Assembly: GCA_038869735.1 (NCBI GenBank)
Contig: JAWCQO010000001.1
Span: forward strand, 8,684-72,683
Source of the DNA: Candidatus Anstonellales archaeon
GTDB lineage: Archaea; Micrarchaeota; Micrarchaeia; Anstonellales; CG1-02-47-40
Direction of reading: 5' to 3'
DNA: 64,000 nt
The notes under the pieces are model-generated. The model was not told where the DNA came from and made no database searches. It saw nothing but the letters and a program-made list of their open reading frames with translations. Shown piece by piece: positions 10,043 through 20,125 of the stretch (its first letter is position 1; each line of letters opens with the position of its first letter). Made by a program: the position numbers and the translations under genes.

Positions 10043-10210
10043 TATGTCTGTATCACGGACAACTATAGGAACGCCACCTTCTTCAGCAGGAATACTTGGC
10101 ATAAGTGCAAATGAAGATATGGGTGGAATAAAATTTGAACCAGGGGCAGTAGTAATTTTTACTGCAGTCTTTATCTTGTTGGTTAAAATCGTAGATTATC
10201 TGGTAAGATA
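10043..10210 (+). CDS. secG: Preprotein translocase subunit Sec61beta (SecG), 55 aa.
   Basis: Small ORF absent from the track. The N-terminal polar region (..SSAGILGISANEDMGG..) precedes a single C-terminal TM helix (VVIFTAVFILLVKIV), which is the Sec61beta architecture. A GGAG-like motif lies upstream. Confidence 0.55.
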
Positions 10211-11349
10211 GCTTCAGAGATAAGCTTTTTTGCTACCTTTTGCACTTTTGCTACATCTTGCTTCTCACAACAGACAATTATCTTTAAGCGGAGCCGTTCT
10301 GCCTGAGAAAGGGAGCTGACCAACGGGGATAGTCTCTCAAGATTTACTATTTTTCCAGATTCATCCTCTATTTTAACATTTATTGTGCGCACAAAACTTT
10401 GGGGAAAATCGACTATGACAACAGTGTCTGATTCACTTTCAATTTCCTCTTCAATCTTCTTTATGTGGCTCAATGGAATTGATGATGAATCAGCAATAAA
10501 GGCTTTTTTGAATAATCTTCTTTCCTGAAGTTGAGTTATTATTCTCTTGCACTCTGACACATTTTTGAGAAAAAGAAGGACTTCGTCGTCTCCAGCAGAA
10601 AGGAGGAATTCTCTGTCAATAGCATTGTTACGTAGCGCTAGCGATAGTGCCCGTTGCAACATTGCTGATGCTATCCTTACAGTAGGGTGCATATAGACTG
10701 CAGAATACATAAGAAAGCGACCAAGGAGGAGTGATTCTGCGGCTGCAAGTGCTCCATATTTTAGGTACAACCCGTCCTTATCAAAAGCGCATGTTGAGAT
10801 AATTCTTTCTTTATCTATAACTCCATAAGCCACGCCTGTGTAGTGCGCATCTCTCAGAAGGTAATCCATTCTGTCGGAGCCTATGTCCGAGCTGATCAAA
10901 CTGCCCGAGGAATTAGAAAAAGAGAGTTGTGATATCTCCTTTGGATCCCAGTTCTCTTTAAGTATATCAGATATTTCTCCTTTTTCAATTCTTTTTCTTC
11001 CGATTGTTTCATGGCTTCCAAGGAATTCTTTTGTTACTGCTTCAGATTCGTGGGAGAAGCAAATGTGTCCTATGTCGTGGAGGAGGGATGAGAGGCGGAT
11101 TTTTTCTTTTTCCTCTCTAGAAATGCCACAAGACTGACAAAGTCTTTCAGCAAGCTCCATTGTTCCAAGAGAGTGCTCAAACCGTGTATGATTTGCTCCA
11201 GGATAAACCAGATGGGCCATAGCAAGCTGTCTTATTTTTCTCAGTCTTTGCATTGATGGGGAGTCTAAAAGCCTTTTTTCAGTTTCTGTTAGCTGAATGT
11301 CTCCATGAATAGGGTCACGGATTGTTAAATGTGATGGCATATTAAACAA
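10183..11349 (-). CDS. HD-domain phosphohydrolase (dNTP triphosphohydrolase-like).
   Basis: RFEHSLGT...LLHDIGH HD motif; 388 aa. Confidence 0.7.
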   Translation of the reverse strand: MFNMPSHLTIRDPIHGDIQLTETEKRLLDSPSMQRLRKIRQLAMAHLVYPGANHTRFEHSLGTMELAERLCQSCGISREEKEKIRLSSLLHDIGHICFSHESEAVTKEFLGSHETIGRKRIEKGEISDILKENWDPKEISQLSFSNSSGSLISSDIGSDRMDYLLRDAHYTGVAYGVIDKERIISTCAFDKDGLYLKYGALAAAESLLLGRFLMYSAVYMHPTVRIASAMLQRALSLALRNNAIDREFLLSAGDDEVLLFLKNVSECKRIITQLQERRLFKKAFIADSSSIPLSHIKKIEEEIESESDTVVIVDFPQSFVRTINVKIEDESGKIVNLERLSPLVSSLSQAERLRLKIIVCCEKQDVAKVQKVAKKLISEAILPDNLRF

Positions 11350-12061
11350 CTTGATAAAACCCTTTCTTTTTTTCTAAAATCTCTCCTTTTTCAGAGAGGA
11401 ATGCGAGCATAACGCGGCATGCATCTTGATTTAAGTGAAGATCCTGTGAGAGCTGCTCTACAGTTTTGGGGGCAGAGGAAAGGGAGTTTATAAAGATGGG
11501 GGAATGGATTTCATAAAAAGTACGCGTTGCTAGGTAGAGGCGTTTGTCAAAACCGATTGTACCAAGTAAGTCACCTCTTTTTATAAGCTCACGCATCTGA
11601 TTGTCTTGAAGTCTTTCTATTTCGGATGCCTCTAAAATGGCGTACTCCTTCCCTCCAAGTATAGGTGGAAGAAACTCCTTTTTTTCGGAGGTATCTTCAG
11701 GCTGCGGCTGGCTGTCTGTCCCTAACCTATATGCAGTCTCAGAGATGTTATAAACACCTTCCTTAGAATATTTTCCTTTTTTGAAGAGCCATACGGCTCT
11801 TTTTTCAAGTAAGGATGAAAGGACCTTTTTTTCTTCACTCGATAATATCTTTGATACGACCGAAGGTGTTCTATTTTCAAACTTAATTTTCGATAGTTTG
11901 TATATAACTGCCAACTCGATGGGGCTTAATTGGGTCGATGATGTCTCTTTTTTGGATTCTTCAAACGCGCTTATTGAGAGGAGGTAAAAGCCACCTTTTA
12001 GATGAAAAAATTCTACGTCTTCGGTGGGATTCAAGTCTACGCCTTCTGGAAGCTCAAGCAA
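11342..12061 (-). CDS. Hypothetical protein with a C-terminal wHTH-like region.
   Basis: ORF with 8-nt overlaps to both neighbours (operon). No recognisable catalytic motif. Confidence 0.4.
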   Translation of the reverse strand: MLELPEGVDLNPTEDVEFFHLKGGFYLLSISAFEESKKETSSTQLSPIELAVIYKLSKIKFENRTPSVVSKILSSEEKKVLSSLLEKRAVWLFKKGKYSKEGVYNISETAYRLGTDSQPQPEDTSEKKEFLPPILGGKEYAILEASEIERLQDNQMRELIKRGDLLGTIGFDKRLYLATRTFYEIHSPIFINSLSSAPKTVEQLSQDLHLNQDACRVMLAFLSEKGEILEKKKGFYQVV

Positions 12062-12776
12062 TGTGCGCTTTCCCTCTTTTATTATTTTTATTTTGATTTA
12101 AATCACCCTCATAGAAAAGGCCCAGATGGTAGGTGAAAGGAATGGATGTATACACCTCATATTTTTTTATTTTGCCATACGGTTCTTCTTCTGCAAATAT
12201 TTCAGCAGAAAAAGAGTAGAACTCCACCTCCCCTTTTCTCCAAGAATCTGCCTCAATCCCCGCTTTTGTGCAACAGTGAGAAAGGAATTCTTCCTCGTTC
12301 CATCCTTGTTCATAAGCCACTTGAGGTAAGAGAATGCCGAACCGACCTCTGCTCATTGCTATTAAACCATCGCGACCTATCTTTATTTTCGTTGGATAAT
12401 CGCTTGGCTTTTCAACGACCACTTTTTTTGGCACGGTTAGAACGCTTATTTCTATTAATATTTTATGGAGTTCCAAGGAAGTGAGAGGAGGAAAACGAAA
12501 ATCCAAAAATGCTGAAGCAAGGGTATTTTCAACTACAGCGTCGCAGAGGGGCATTTGTGGAAAGGGGTGACCAATACACCCGCGAAGCTCTTTTAAAGGA
12601 TAGCTCTTTAGAGTCACAAAAACTCCCCTTTTCTCTCCGAGAATCCCATCTCTTCTATCAGGATTTAGTTTTTCTCCTCTTTTAAAGTATTCTTCCAACG
12701 TTCTTCTTGCTAATTGAATTAGGTATGCTCCCTCTTCAAAAGAGAGATTTCCCTCCCCCATATTGATTCTTTTCAA
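12054..12776 (-). CDS. AMMECR1-domain protein.
   Basis: The conserved LRGCIGHP motif and the ~200 aa core resemble AMMECR1. Confidence 0.7.
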   Translation of the reverse strand: MKRINMGEGNLSFEEGAYLIQLARRTLEEYFKRGEKLNPDRRDGILGEKRGVFVTLKSYPLKELRGCIGHPFPQMPLCDAVVENTLASAFLDFRFPPLTSLELHKILIEISVLTVPKKVVVEKPSDYPTKIKIGRDGLIAMSRGRFGILLPQVAYEQGWNEEEFLSHCCTKAGIEADSWRKGEVEFYSFSAEIFAEEEPYGKIKKYEVYTSIPFTYHLGLFYEGDLNQNKNNKRGKAHIA

Positions 12777-12933
12777 TGCAATCTTTAAATGGATTGAGAT
12801 ATGTGCTTAAAAGTTAAAACGGTATATATCTAAACTGGAGGCAGATTATAAGAAAAGAAAAAACAGAGAACGAAAAAGAAAGAGGACGTTTCCGGAAGAA
12901 GGAATGAGCTGGAGACTTAGAACTGCTCTATGG

Positions 12934-13023
12934 TTAATACTCTTCATCCTCTTCTTCGTCTTCCCAAGTATCTTCGTAGTCATCATCCTCATAGTCTTCT
13001 TCCTCATCCTCTTCATCAAACAT
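12934..13023 (-). CDS. Candidate 29-aa hyper-acidic peptide MFDEEDEEEDYEDDDYEDTWEDEEEDEEY.
   Basis: ATG preceded by AGAGGTGAGACCAC (GAGGTGA Shine-Dalgarno about 7 nt upstream) and an AT-rich TTTTAACC box further upstream. Below the ORF-track length cutoff. A hydrophobic ORF on the opposite strand (12904-13041) is the alternative reading. Confidence 0.35.
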   Translation of the reverse strand: MFDEEDEEEDYEDDDYEDTWEDEEEDEEY

Positions 13024-13107
13024 GTGGTCTCACCTCTTTAGGGGTTTTTAGAAAAGAAAAGGTTAAAATAGCTTTCCTAAAAGAAGTTTTAAGAAGTATG
13101 ATGAGAT

Positions 13108-13743
13108 ATGTTCACGCGAATAAAAACTGCTATAAGAATGTTATTATCTGCACTCTTTAAAAGTAAAAAAAAGCAGATAGCTCTTGGATTTTATGGCTCT
13201 CCCAACGCTGGAAAAACGACTCTCGCAAATCGGATATGTATGGATTTTGTTGGTGAGCCTATTGGGGAAGTTTCAGTTATACCTCACGAAACGCGTGTCG
13301 TACAAAAAAAGGAAAAAATTAAGATGAGGATCAACGGACACCAGCTGGTAATGGATATATTGGATATGCCGGGAGTAGCAGTAAAGGTTGATTATAGGGA
13401 CTTTATGGCGTACGGCTTATCAGCAAGAGAAGCACAGGCGCGAGCAAAAGAAGCCACAAGAGGCATTATTGAAGCAATTAAGTATCTTGAAGAGGTGGAT
13501 GCAGCTCTAGTTATTATGGACGCATGCGAGGAGCCATATAACCAAATCAATGCAACTATTTTAGGTAATCTTGAAGCAAGGAATATCCCACTTCTTATAG
13601 TGGCAAACAAAATGGATAAGGTAGAGGCAAACTCACAGAGAATTCGGGAGGTCTTCCCTCAATATCCAGTCGTTGAAATTTCTGCACTCACTGGAAAAAA
13701 TATAGATGTACTTTACTCAGAAATTTTAAAGAGGCTTGCATAA
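13108..13743 (+). CDS. Small TRAFAC-class GTPase (Era/EngB-like).
   Basis: G1 GSPNAGKTTL, G3 DMPG, G4 NKMD and G5 SAL motifs; 211 aa. Confidence 0.7.
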   Translation: MFTRIKTAIRMLLSALFKSKKKQIALGFYGSPNAGKTTLANRICMDFVGEPIGEVSVIPHETRVVQKKEKIKMRINGHQLVMDILDMPGVAVKVDYRDFMAYGLSAREAQARAKEATRGIIEAIKYLEEVDAALVIMDACEEPYNQINATILGNLEARNIPLLIVANKMDKVEANSQRIREVFPQYPVVEISALTGKNIDVLYSEILKRLA

Positions 13744-13798
13744 AAATTAGAGCAACTTTAAAATTAAATTTAATAACTCTTCTTGACTAAAATGTAAC

Positions 13799-14107
13799 AT
13801 GCACAAATGTCTTAGATGCGGAAAGTTGATTAAAAACATAGAAGAAGCAGAAGAAGGGTGTCGTTGTGGTTCAAAGGTCTTTTTATTTCAGGGTAAAAAA
13901 GAAATCGATGATGTGGGGGATGCTGAATGGATAGAAAAAGAGTTGACAAAGAGATTTGGGACTGACGGACACGCCATCGTGCTTGATTTAGAAAATGTAA
14001 GAATGAAGTCACGTGGGGTTTTTGAATTGAATATTAATTCTCTTATGAAAAACGACCCGATAGTAGTTAAGGATACAAATGGAGTTTATTATATAAAACT
14101 ACCATAA
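13799..14107 (+). CDS. Hypothetical zinc-ribbon protein.
   Basis: N-terminal CLRCG...CRCGS ribbon; 102 aa. Confidence 0.45.
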   Translation: MHKCLRCGKLIKNIEEAEEGCRCGSKVFLFQGKKEIDDVGDAEWIEKELTKRFGTDGHAIVLDLENVRMKSRGVFELNINSLMKNDPIVVKDTNGVYYIKLP

Positions 14108-14357
14108 CAGCAATTTTTGTACTTTAAGAGATGACGAGATGATATTGGGGGGGGAAATAAGGCATCAGAACAAAAAACATCTAAATACGATAGAAAATTA
14201 CTTCAACGTGTTGTTGAGCATATTCGGAACTTAGAAGCAATCCTACAATGGACAGAGTCTGTGAGTGAGCAGGAATATCAAAAGAGAAGATAGAGAAACT
14301 AAACGAATGGAGAATAGCTGAGGAAAGACTTTTTGCCTTGCGCGGGGAGAGAATCTT

Positions 14358-15848
14358 GTGCAGTTGTCATCTTTCAAAAAAAGTCTGAGAAACGGTTCAA
14401 ATCCGAAGAAAGAGATAAGAAGCATTCGTATGGAGCGTCTTTATTACTTGTTGAAAGAAAAGATAATAAATGAAAATGAAACGATACCAACGAATATGTT
14501 GCTTGCTAGGAAAACGAACGTAATGCGAAGTACAGTCTCATCTGTATTTGAGCTATTTCCTCAACTTGAAAGAGTAAGAGGATGGAAAATCCTCAAGATG
14601 CCTCTTGTCCAATTCAGGAAAGGACTTGAAATCAGACACCCATGGACAAAGGAGTATGAATGGGTCGAGAAACGCTTTGCCCATGAGGTTGTTATGGCAA
14701 TAAACAAGTTGAAGTCTGTTCCTTCAGAAGTTGCAATCAGCAGGCAGTTGGGATTCGCGAAGAGAGGTATTGTAATGAGCTTTTTTAACAGAATAAGTAC
14801 AAGAAAAGATGAAAATTACAAAAAGATAAAGAAGGCGATGATAAGGAGGTTTGATTCTCTTTCTCATGATGAGCTTTTAAAGATTCTTTCAAAAATCACA
14901 AAACCAAATCCCATCCTTGCAGCGGTTAGAGATGAATTCATGAGAAGGGAGGTTAATAGGATTCTGATGCAAAGCACTATTCCGCTCACACTACGACAAT
15001 TATCAAAAGAGATTAGGGTTACTTATGATGAATTTCAAGGATTTGTATCAAGAAATTCGGATATTAGGGAGATAGTTAGGCAAAAAAACGCAAGCTTGCT
15101 TTCTGACTCAATTTTAAAAGGTGAAAGACCGGGTATGATTGCTAGGAGGTTTCAAATAGACTTACGACAAGTTCTTACTGCATTAAAGGGGATAAAACCC
15201 AGTGACGTAATGATACATGTAACAAGAAATGTGACGAAGGAGGAAGCAATATCTATGGCTGCGGATATCTTCTCCTCCTTTTTTCAACTTTCGGTGCCCC
15301 GGCGTTTATGGGACCCGAGCAATAGAGGAATCTTGGAAATGGCTCGGCACAAATTTGATAGGACAAGTAAGGGGGGAGATATAAAAATCGTAGGCAATGC
15401 AGAAGTTGAGAAAGCGAATTTTGTGATTGTAATTCCTCCTTTTTTTGAGGAAAAAACTCTTATTGATGCCATAAATTTGTTGGACAGTGGCTCTTTAGTG
15501 ATATTTGCGATTCCAAAAAAGATGGAGGTAAATAAGGACGTATTGGGTGCCTTAGAAGAAAGGGGATTTGAATGCAAGGTAAGGGAATTTAGATGGTTTA
15601 ACGGCCTCGAAAGCGAAATAAAAAAGGTAGTTGTAATGATAAAAAAAAGCGAGGATGCGAGGCTTGAAACATTACCACTAATGTTCAAAAAACAGATGGA
15701 AGTCGTGGAGGATTCAAAAGAGAAAATGAGGATATTTTTGAAGAGGATAAGAGGAGAGGAAGCGGAGTTTACACATCAAGCAAAATACGGATTGAACAGC
15801 GGCCCTCTCCCTCATTTATCTGAAGTTCATGGAAAGTTACAGCCTTAA
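14358..15848 (+). CDS. Hypothetical multi-domain protein with an N-terminal wHTH; possibly methyltransferase-like.
   Basis: GTG start in the track. HTH-like segment IPTNMLLARKTNVMRSTV. A VIPPFF motif faintly resembles the (D/N)PP(Y/F) motif of N6/N4 MTases, but no GxGxG was seen. Confidence 0.45.
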   Translation: MQLSSFKKSLRNGSNPKKEIRSIRMERLYYLLKEKIINENETIPTNMLLARKTNVMRSTVSSVFELFPQLERVRGWKILKMPLVQFRKGLEIRHPWTKEYEWVEKRFAHEVVMAINKLKSVPSEVAISRQLGFAKRGIVMSFFNRISTRKDENYKKIKKAMIRRFDSLSHDELLKILSKITKPNPILAAVRDEFMRREVNRILMQSTIPLTLRQLSKEIRVTYDEFQGFVSRNSDIREIVRQKNASLLSDSILKGERPGMIARRFQIDLRQVLTALKGIKPSDVMIHVTRNVTKEEAISMAADIFSSFFQLSVPRRLWDPSNRGILEMARHKFDRTSKGGDIKIVGNAEVEKANFVIVIPPFFEEKTLIDAINLLDSGSLVIFAIPKKMEVNKDVLGALEERGFECKVREFRWFNGLESEIKKVVVMIKKSEDARLETLPLMFKKQMEVVEDSKEKMRIFLKRIRGEEAEFTHQAKYGLNSGPLPHLSEVHGKLQP

Positions 15849-16203
15849 CAGCGTTTCTAGGGCGCTTTTTTTCTCCATACGCTATTGCGAATAACTCAAA
15901 ATTCTGAGTGTCCAACGTTTGCACTTTTACACGCGAAAAAACTATGTCTCTTATTTCGGACTCTGATAATAAAGTCTCAAGAAATCTCACAACCAATGAT
16001 TCTTTGTTTTCACCCTTTACATGAACATTAATCTTTCTCTTTTCTTTTGCGTTACCAATCACGGAGAACATTGCCTTTGCGGCGTTTTCCAGTGCTTCTT
16101 TGAAATCTCGTCCGTATGCTTCATAAAGGATATCTGCTGTGTGGTCAAAAAAACGGTATTTAGGTGTCTTAATGGAGGGCATAAGGAAGGGGCACCTCGT
16201 CAT
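15769..16203 (-). CDS. Archease (RtcB activator).
   Basis: The N-terminal FFDHTADILYEAYG matches the archease signature; 144 aa. Confidence 0.8.
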   Translation of the reverse strand: MTRCPFLMPSIKTPKYRFFDHTADILYEAYGRDFKEALENAAKAMFSVIGNAKEKRKINVHVKGENKESLVVRFLETLLSESEIRDIVFSRVKVQTLDTQNFELFAIAYGEKKRPRNAVKAVTFHELQINEGEGRCSIRILLDV

Positions 16204-16208
16204 TTTTC

Positions 16209-17471
16209 CTATGCTCTATATAGATGAGGGTAAAGTGGGAAGTTTTTTGTAAGTTCAATTACCTCGTTTCTTACTCTTCGTTTAGTTTCTTCATCTTTCC
16301 AGTTGTTAATAACTTTTGAGATAAGTCTTCCTATCTCTTTCATCTCGCTTTCTCTCATTCCTCGGGTAGTTAGAGCTGGAGTTCCAAGTCTTATTCCTGA
16401 CGGATCAAGTGGACTTCTTTTATCAAATGGGATTGTGTTTTTGTTGCACGTGATACCTGCCTCATCTAATGCCGCTGCTGCTTCCTTTCCAGAGAGGCCT
16501 TTGTTTGTTAGGTCTACTAAGATAAGGTGATTGTCTGTTCCGCCGGAGACTAGAGAGAAGCCATTGGAGATGAGCTCATCCGCAAGAGCTTTGGCATTTT
16601 TGACTATTTGCCTTGAGTATTCTTTAAAGTCAGGAGTTAGCGCTTCCCCAAAAGCTACTGCCATTGCTGCAGTGGTGTGGTTGTGAGGGCCTCCCTGCAT
16701 TCCGGGAAATACTGCGCGATCTATTTCCTTTGAGAATTTGTCCTTGCAGATTATTATTGCTCCCCGAGGACCTCGTAAGGTTTTGTGAGTAGTCGTCATT
16801 ACTATATCCGTAGCTGGGAGAGGTGAAGGATGAACACCTCCGATTATTAGACCTGCTATGTGAGAGACATCTGCGAGGGAATATGCTCCAACTTCTTGAG
16901 CTATTTCTGCGAATTGGTTGAAATCTATTTTTCGTGGATAGGCAGTAGCGCCTGAAACGATTAGCTTTGGTTTTTCTTTCAGGGCGATTTTTCTTACTTC
17001 GTCATAATCTATTAAGTGCGTCTCTTTATCAACGCCATATGAAACGACACTATATGCCCTTCCTGAAAAGTTAACCTTGTGTCCGTGAGTGAGATGCCCT
17101 CCTTGAGTAAGAGACATTCCCATTATTTTATCTCCAAAGTTTAGTAAAGCAAAGTATATTTCTAGATTTGCAGGTGAGCCAGAGTAGGGTTGAACGTTTA
17201 TGTGTTCTGCCCCCTTAAATAGGAGTTTTGCTCTTGAAATTGCGAGGTTTTCTATTTTGTCTATGAATACATTCCCCTCGTAGTAGCGGTTGCCAGGATA
17301 GCCTTCAGAATATTTATTGGTGAGAGGGGAACCCATTGCTTCCATTACTGCCCGCGAAACGAAGTTTTCTGATGGGATTAGTCCGAGACACTCTTCTTGC
17401 CTCTTTATTTCATCCATCATCATAGTATATAGTTCTAAATCCTGTTTTTGAATAGATTCAAGGGCACACAT
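16209..17471 (-). CDS. glyA: Serine hydroxymethyltransferase.
   Basis: The PLP-lysine region ..[12 protein letters not shown].. is conserved; 420 aa. Confidence 0.95.
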   Translation of the reverse strand: MCALESIQKQDLELYTMMMDEIKRQEECLGLIPSENFVSRAVMEAMGSPLTNKYSEGYPGNRYYEGNVFIDKIENLAISRAKLLFKGAEHINVQPYSGSPANLEIYFALLNFGDKIMGMSLTQGGHLTHGHKVNFSGRAYSVVSYGVDKETHLIDYDEVRKIALKEKPKLIVSGATAYPRKIDFNQFAEIAQEVGAYSLADVSHIAGLIIGGVHPSPLPATDIVMTTTHKTLRGPRGAIIICKDKFSKEIDRAVFPGMQGGPHNHTTAAMAVAFGEALTPDFKEYSRQIVKNAKALADELISNGFSLVSGGTDNHLILVDLTNKGLSGKEAAAALDEAGITCNKNTIPFDKRSPLDPSGIRLGTPALTTRGMRESEMKEIGRLISKVINNWKDEETKRRVRNEVIELTKNFPLYPHLYRA

Positions 17472-17526
17472 TGCGTTTAAGCTATATCTTGGAATGTTTA
17501 TATTAATTCCTTTTACTAATATTTTT

Positions 17527-18372
17527 ATGGCAAAGATACTCGATGGAAGGGCAATTTCTAAAAAAATAATTAGTGATGTTGCATTGGAAATTAAAAATGA
17601 AAGAGCAAAAATAACCTTAGCTGTCGTTTTGGTAGGAGAAGATGCTGCATCAAAAATATACGTAAGGAAAAAGGAAGAAGCATGTAGGGAGGCAGGGATT
17701 ATATCAATAAGACGAGAACTCCCCTCAAATACGTCGGAGGATGCTCTTTTGAAATTGATATCTGAACTTAATTTTGACAGAAAGGTAGATGGGATATTGG
17801 TTCAACTTCCGCTTCCCCCACATATAAATGAGCGACATATTTGCTCAGCAATTGCGCCTGAAAAGGACGTTGATTGCGCTAATCCTGAAAACGTGGGGAA
17901 GTTCTATCTTGGTGAATTCTCACTTGCTCCTTGCACGCCAAAAGGAATAATAGAGCTTTTAGAGAGTTATAAAATTAATTTAGCAGGAAAAAGTGTTAGC
18001 ATAATTGGGAGAAGCAACACTGTTGGAAAGCCCCTTGCAATGATGATGCTTTCAAGAGACGCTACAGTAACAATAGCTCACTCTAAGACAAAGAATTTGG
18101 AAAAGCATACTGCTAATGCAGATGTTGTTGTTTCTGCTACTGGAAAAATTGGACTTATAAAAGGCGAGATGATTAAAAGAGGAGCGATCGTGGTTGACGT
18201 AGGGATCAACAGAGTTGGAAAAAAAGTATATGGAGACGTAGATTTTGAGTCTGCTTCTAAAAAAGCTGGATGGATAAGCCCGGTTCCTGGAGGAGTTGGA
18301 CCAATGACAGTTGCTGCTCTGATTCAGAACACTTACTACCTATGGAAAAGATATCATGGCACACAGGTGTAG
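17527..18372 (+). CDS. folD: Bifunctional methylene-THF dehydrogenase / methenyl-THF cyclohydrolase.
   Basis: Conserved [14 protein letters not shown] start (the track ORF begins 33 nt earlier); ~280 aa. Confidence 0.9.
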   Translation: MAKILDGRAISKKIISDVALEIKNERAKITLAVVLVGEDAASKIYVRKKEEACREAGIISIRRELPSNTSEDALLKLISELNFDRKVDGILVQLPLPPHINERHICSAIAPEKDVDCANPENVGKFYLGEFSLAPCTPKGIIELLESYKINLAGKSVSIIGRSNTVGKPLAMMMLSRDATVTIAHSKTKNLEKHTANADVVVSATGKIGLIKGEMIKRGAIVVDVGINRVGKKVYGDVDFESASKKAGWISPVPGGVGPMTVAALIQNTYYLWKRYHGTQV

Positions 18373-18378
18373 AGTAAC

Positions 18379-19554
18379 ATGTACAAAAGTGCAAAGGGGA
18401 GGATACTTTCACTTAGTGGACAAGGTATGAAATTTGGACTTGGAAGAATCAAGAAGGCATGCAAACTTCTTGGGCATCCAGAAAAAAAAATTTTGTGTAT
18501 ACACGTTTGCGGGACTGTTGGAAAAGGTTCGACTACTGCCATGATAGCATCTATTTTGAAAGAAGCTGGATTTAGAGTGGGCGAATTTTATTCTCCACAT
18601 ATTTTGAGTTATAATGAAAGGATACAGATAAATGGTAAACCCATAAGCGATAAGGATATTGAAGAGTTATATTCTGACATTGCAAAGCTTCCTGTAAGGC
18701 TTACTTTCTTTGAGTTTACTACCCTCCTTGCCCTCCTTTATTTTGTAAAGAAAAGATGTGACTTTGCAGTGTTGGAGGCAGGATTAGGAGGAAGGTTGGA
18801 TGCCACGCGTGTGGCTGGTGGTAAGTATTGCGTAATTACAAGAATAGACTATGACCACACACGGATTCTTGGAGAGAGTTTAGAGGAGATAGCGTATGAG
18901 AAATGCGGATTGATTGATAAAGGAGCAATAGTTGTTACGATAAAACAAAGAAGAAGTGTGATGGAGACAATAAGAAAACAATGTATGAAAAGAAATGCTA
19001 AGTTTATAGTTTCCGAAGAACTGCCAGATAATTTTCAATTGAAACTATGCGGTTCTTTTCAAAGAGAAAATGCTGGACTTGCCAGAACTCTTGGGATTGA
19101 AATTGGAATAGAGGAGGAGAGTATAAGAAGAGGATTAAAAAATGCATTTGTGCCGGCTAGAATGCAGAGACTCGAAAAACAGGTACTTATTGATTCTGCA
19201 CATAATCCTGTTGGTATAAAGGCACTTGTAAAAGAACTTGAAAAAATGAAGTTTGAAAAACTCACGGTTCTGTTTTCTGCAATGAAAGATAAGGATTATG
19301 CAAGTGAGATAAAAATTCTTGGAAAGAAAGCGGATACGTTTATCTCTACAAACGTTCCTATCAAAAGAGGCGAGAGTCACGAGAAACTTTATAACGAAGC
19401 AAAGAAGTATTGTAAAAGATTAATAGGTGTAAAGAATCCAAAGATGGGATTTGAAATTGCCAAGGGCATTTTAGGAAAGAATGACTTAGTTGTGGTAAGC
19501 GGTTCTATGTATCTTCTATCGGAAATTTTTGGGAAAGAGGGAGTGGGGATGTGA
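18379..19554 (+). CDS. folC: Folylpolyglutamate synthase / dihydrofolate synthase-like Mur ligase.
   Basis: Mur-ligase P-loop VCGTVGKGST; 391 aa. Confidence 0.75.
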   Translation: MYKSAKGRILSLSGQGMKFGLGRIKKACKLLGHPEKKILCIHVCGTVGKGSTTAMIASILKEAGFRVGEFYSPHILSYNERIQINGKPISDKDIEELYSDIAKLPVRLTFFEFTTLLALLYFVKKRCDFAVLEAGLGGRLDATRVAGGKYCVITRIDYDHTRILGESLEEIAYEKCGLIDKGAIVVTIKQRRSVMETIRKQCMKRNAKFIVSEELPDNFQLKLCGSFQRENAGLARTLGIEIGIEEESIRRGLKNAFVPARMQRLEKQVLIDSAHNPVGIKALVKELEKMKFEKLTVLFSAMKDKDYASEIKILGKKADTFISTNVPIKRGESHEKLYNEAKKYCKRLIGVKNPKMGFEIAKGILGKNDLVVVSGSMYLLSEIFGKEGVGM

Positions 19555-19555
19555 G

Positions 19556-20125
19556 ATGAAAAACGAAATAAGAAAAAGAATGAAAGAATTAAGAAAGCTC
19601 CAAACCGAATCTCAGATAATAAAGAAGAGCCATAAAATCGAGGAAAAACTTTTTTCTCTCCCGGAATTTCTAAAATCAAAAAAAGTAATGTTTTATCTCT
19701 CAAAGAGAGATGAGGTAAGAACAGAGAAGATGGTATTGAGAAGCATTTCTGATGGGAAGGCCGTATTTCTCCCTAAAACTGACATTAAAAAGAAGGAGAT
19801 GAGAGTATATGAAATAAGCTCTCTTGATCAGTTAGTAATGGGGCCGTATGGGGTTCTAGAACCGCAGGCTCTCGGTAAGGATGCCGAACCAAAAAATATT
19901 GAATGTGTAGTTGTACCGGGGATTGCGTTTGATGTACATGGAAACAGAATTGGACATGGACTTGGATACTACGACAAGTTCTTGAAAAAAGTAGGGAAGG
20001 ATACCTGCTTGATAGGACTGGGGTTTGATTTTCAGATTGTAGGAATTAAAATTCCAACACAGCATTACGACGTTAAGATGAATTTTGTGGTTACAGAAAA
20101 AAGGGTAATTAGGTGTGAGAGATGA
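19556..20125 (+). CDS. 5-formyltetrahydrofolate cyclo-ligase.
   Basis: ~190 aa with the MTHFS fold signature (..PGIAFD..GHGLGYYD..). The start at MKNEIRK abuts the folC stop. Confidence 0.75.
   Translation: MKNEIRKRMKELRKLQTESQIIKKSHKIEEKLFSLPEFLKSKKVMFYLSKRDEVRTEKMVLRSISDGKAVFLPKTDIKKKEMRVYEISSLDQLVMGPYGVLEPQALGKDAEPKNIECVVVPGIAFDVHGNRIGHGLGYYDKFLKKVGKDTCLIGLGFDFQIVGIKIPTQHYDVKMNFVVTEKRVIRCER

Noticed and set aside
12904-13041. Plus-strand 45-aa all-hydrophobic ORF overlapping the acidic micro-ORF.
   Set aside because: It is the expected antisense artefact of a GAA/GAG/GAT-rich coding run. Kept only as the alternative in the finding, not as a feature.
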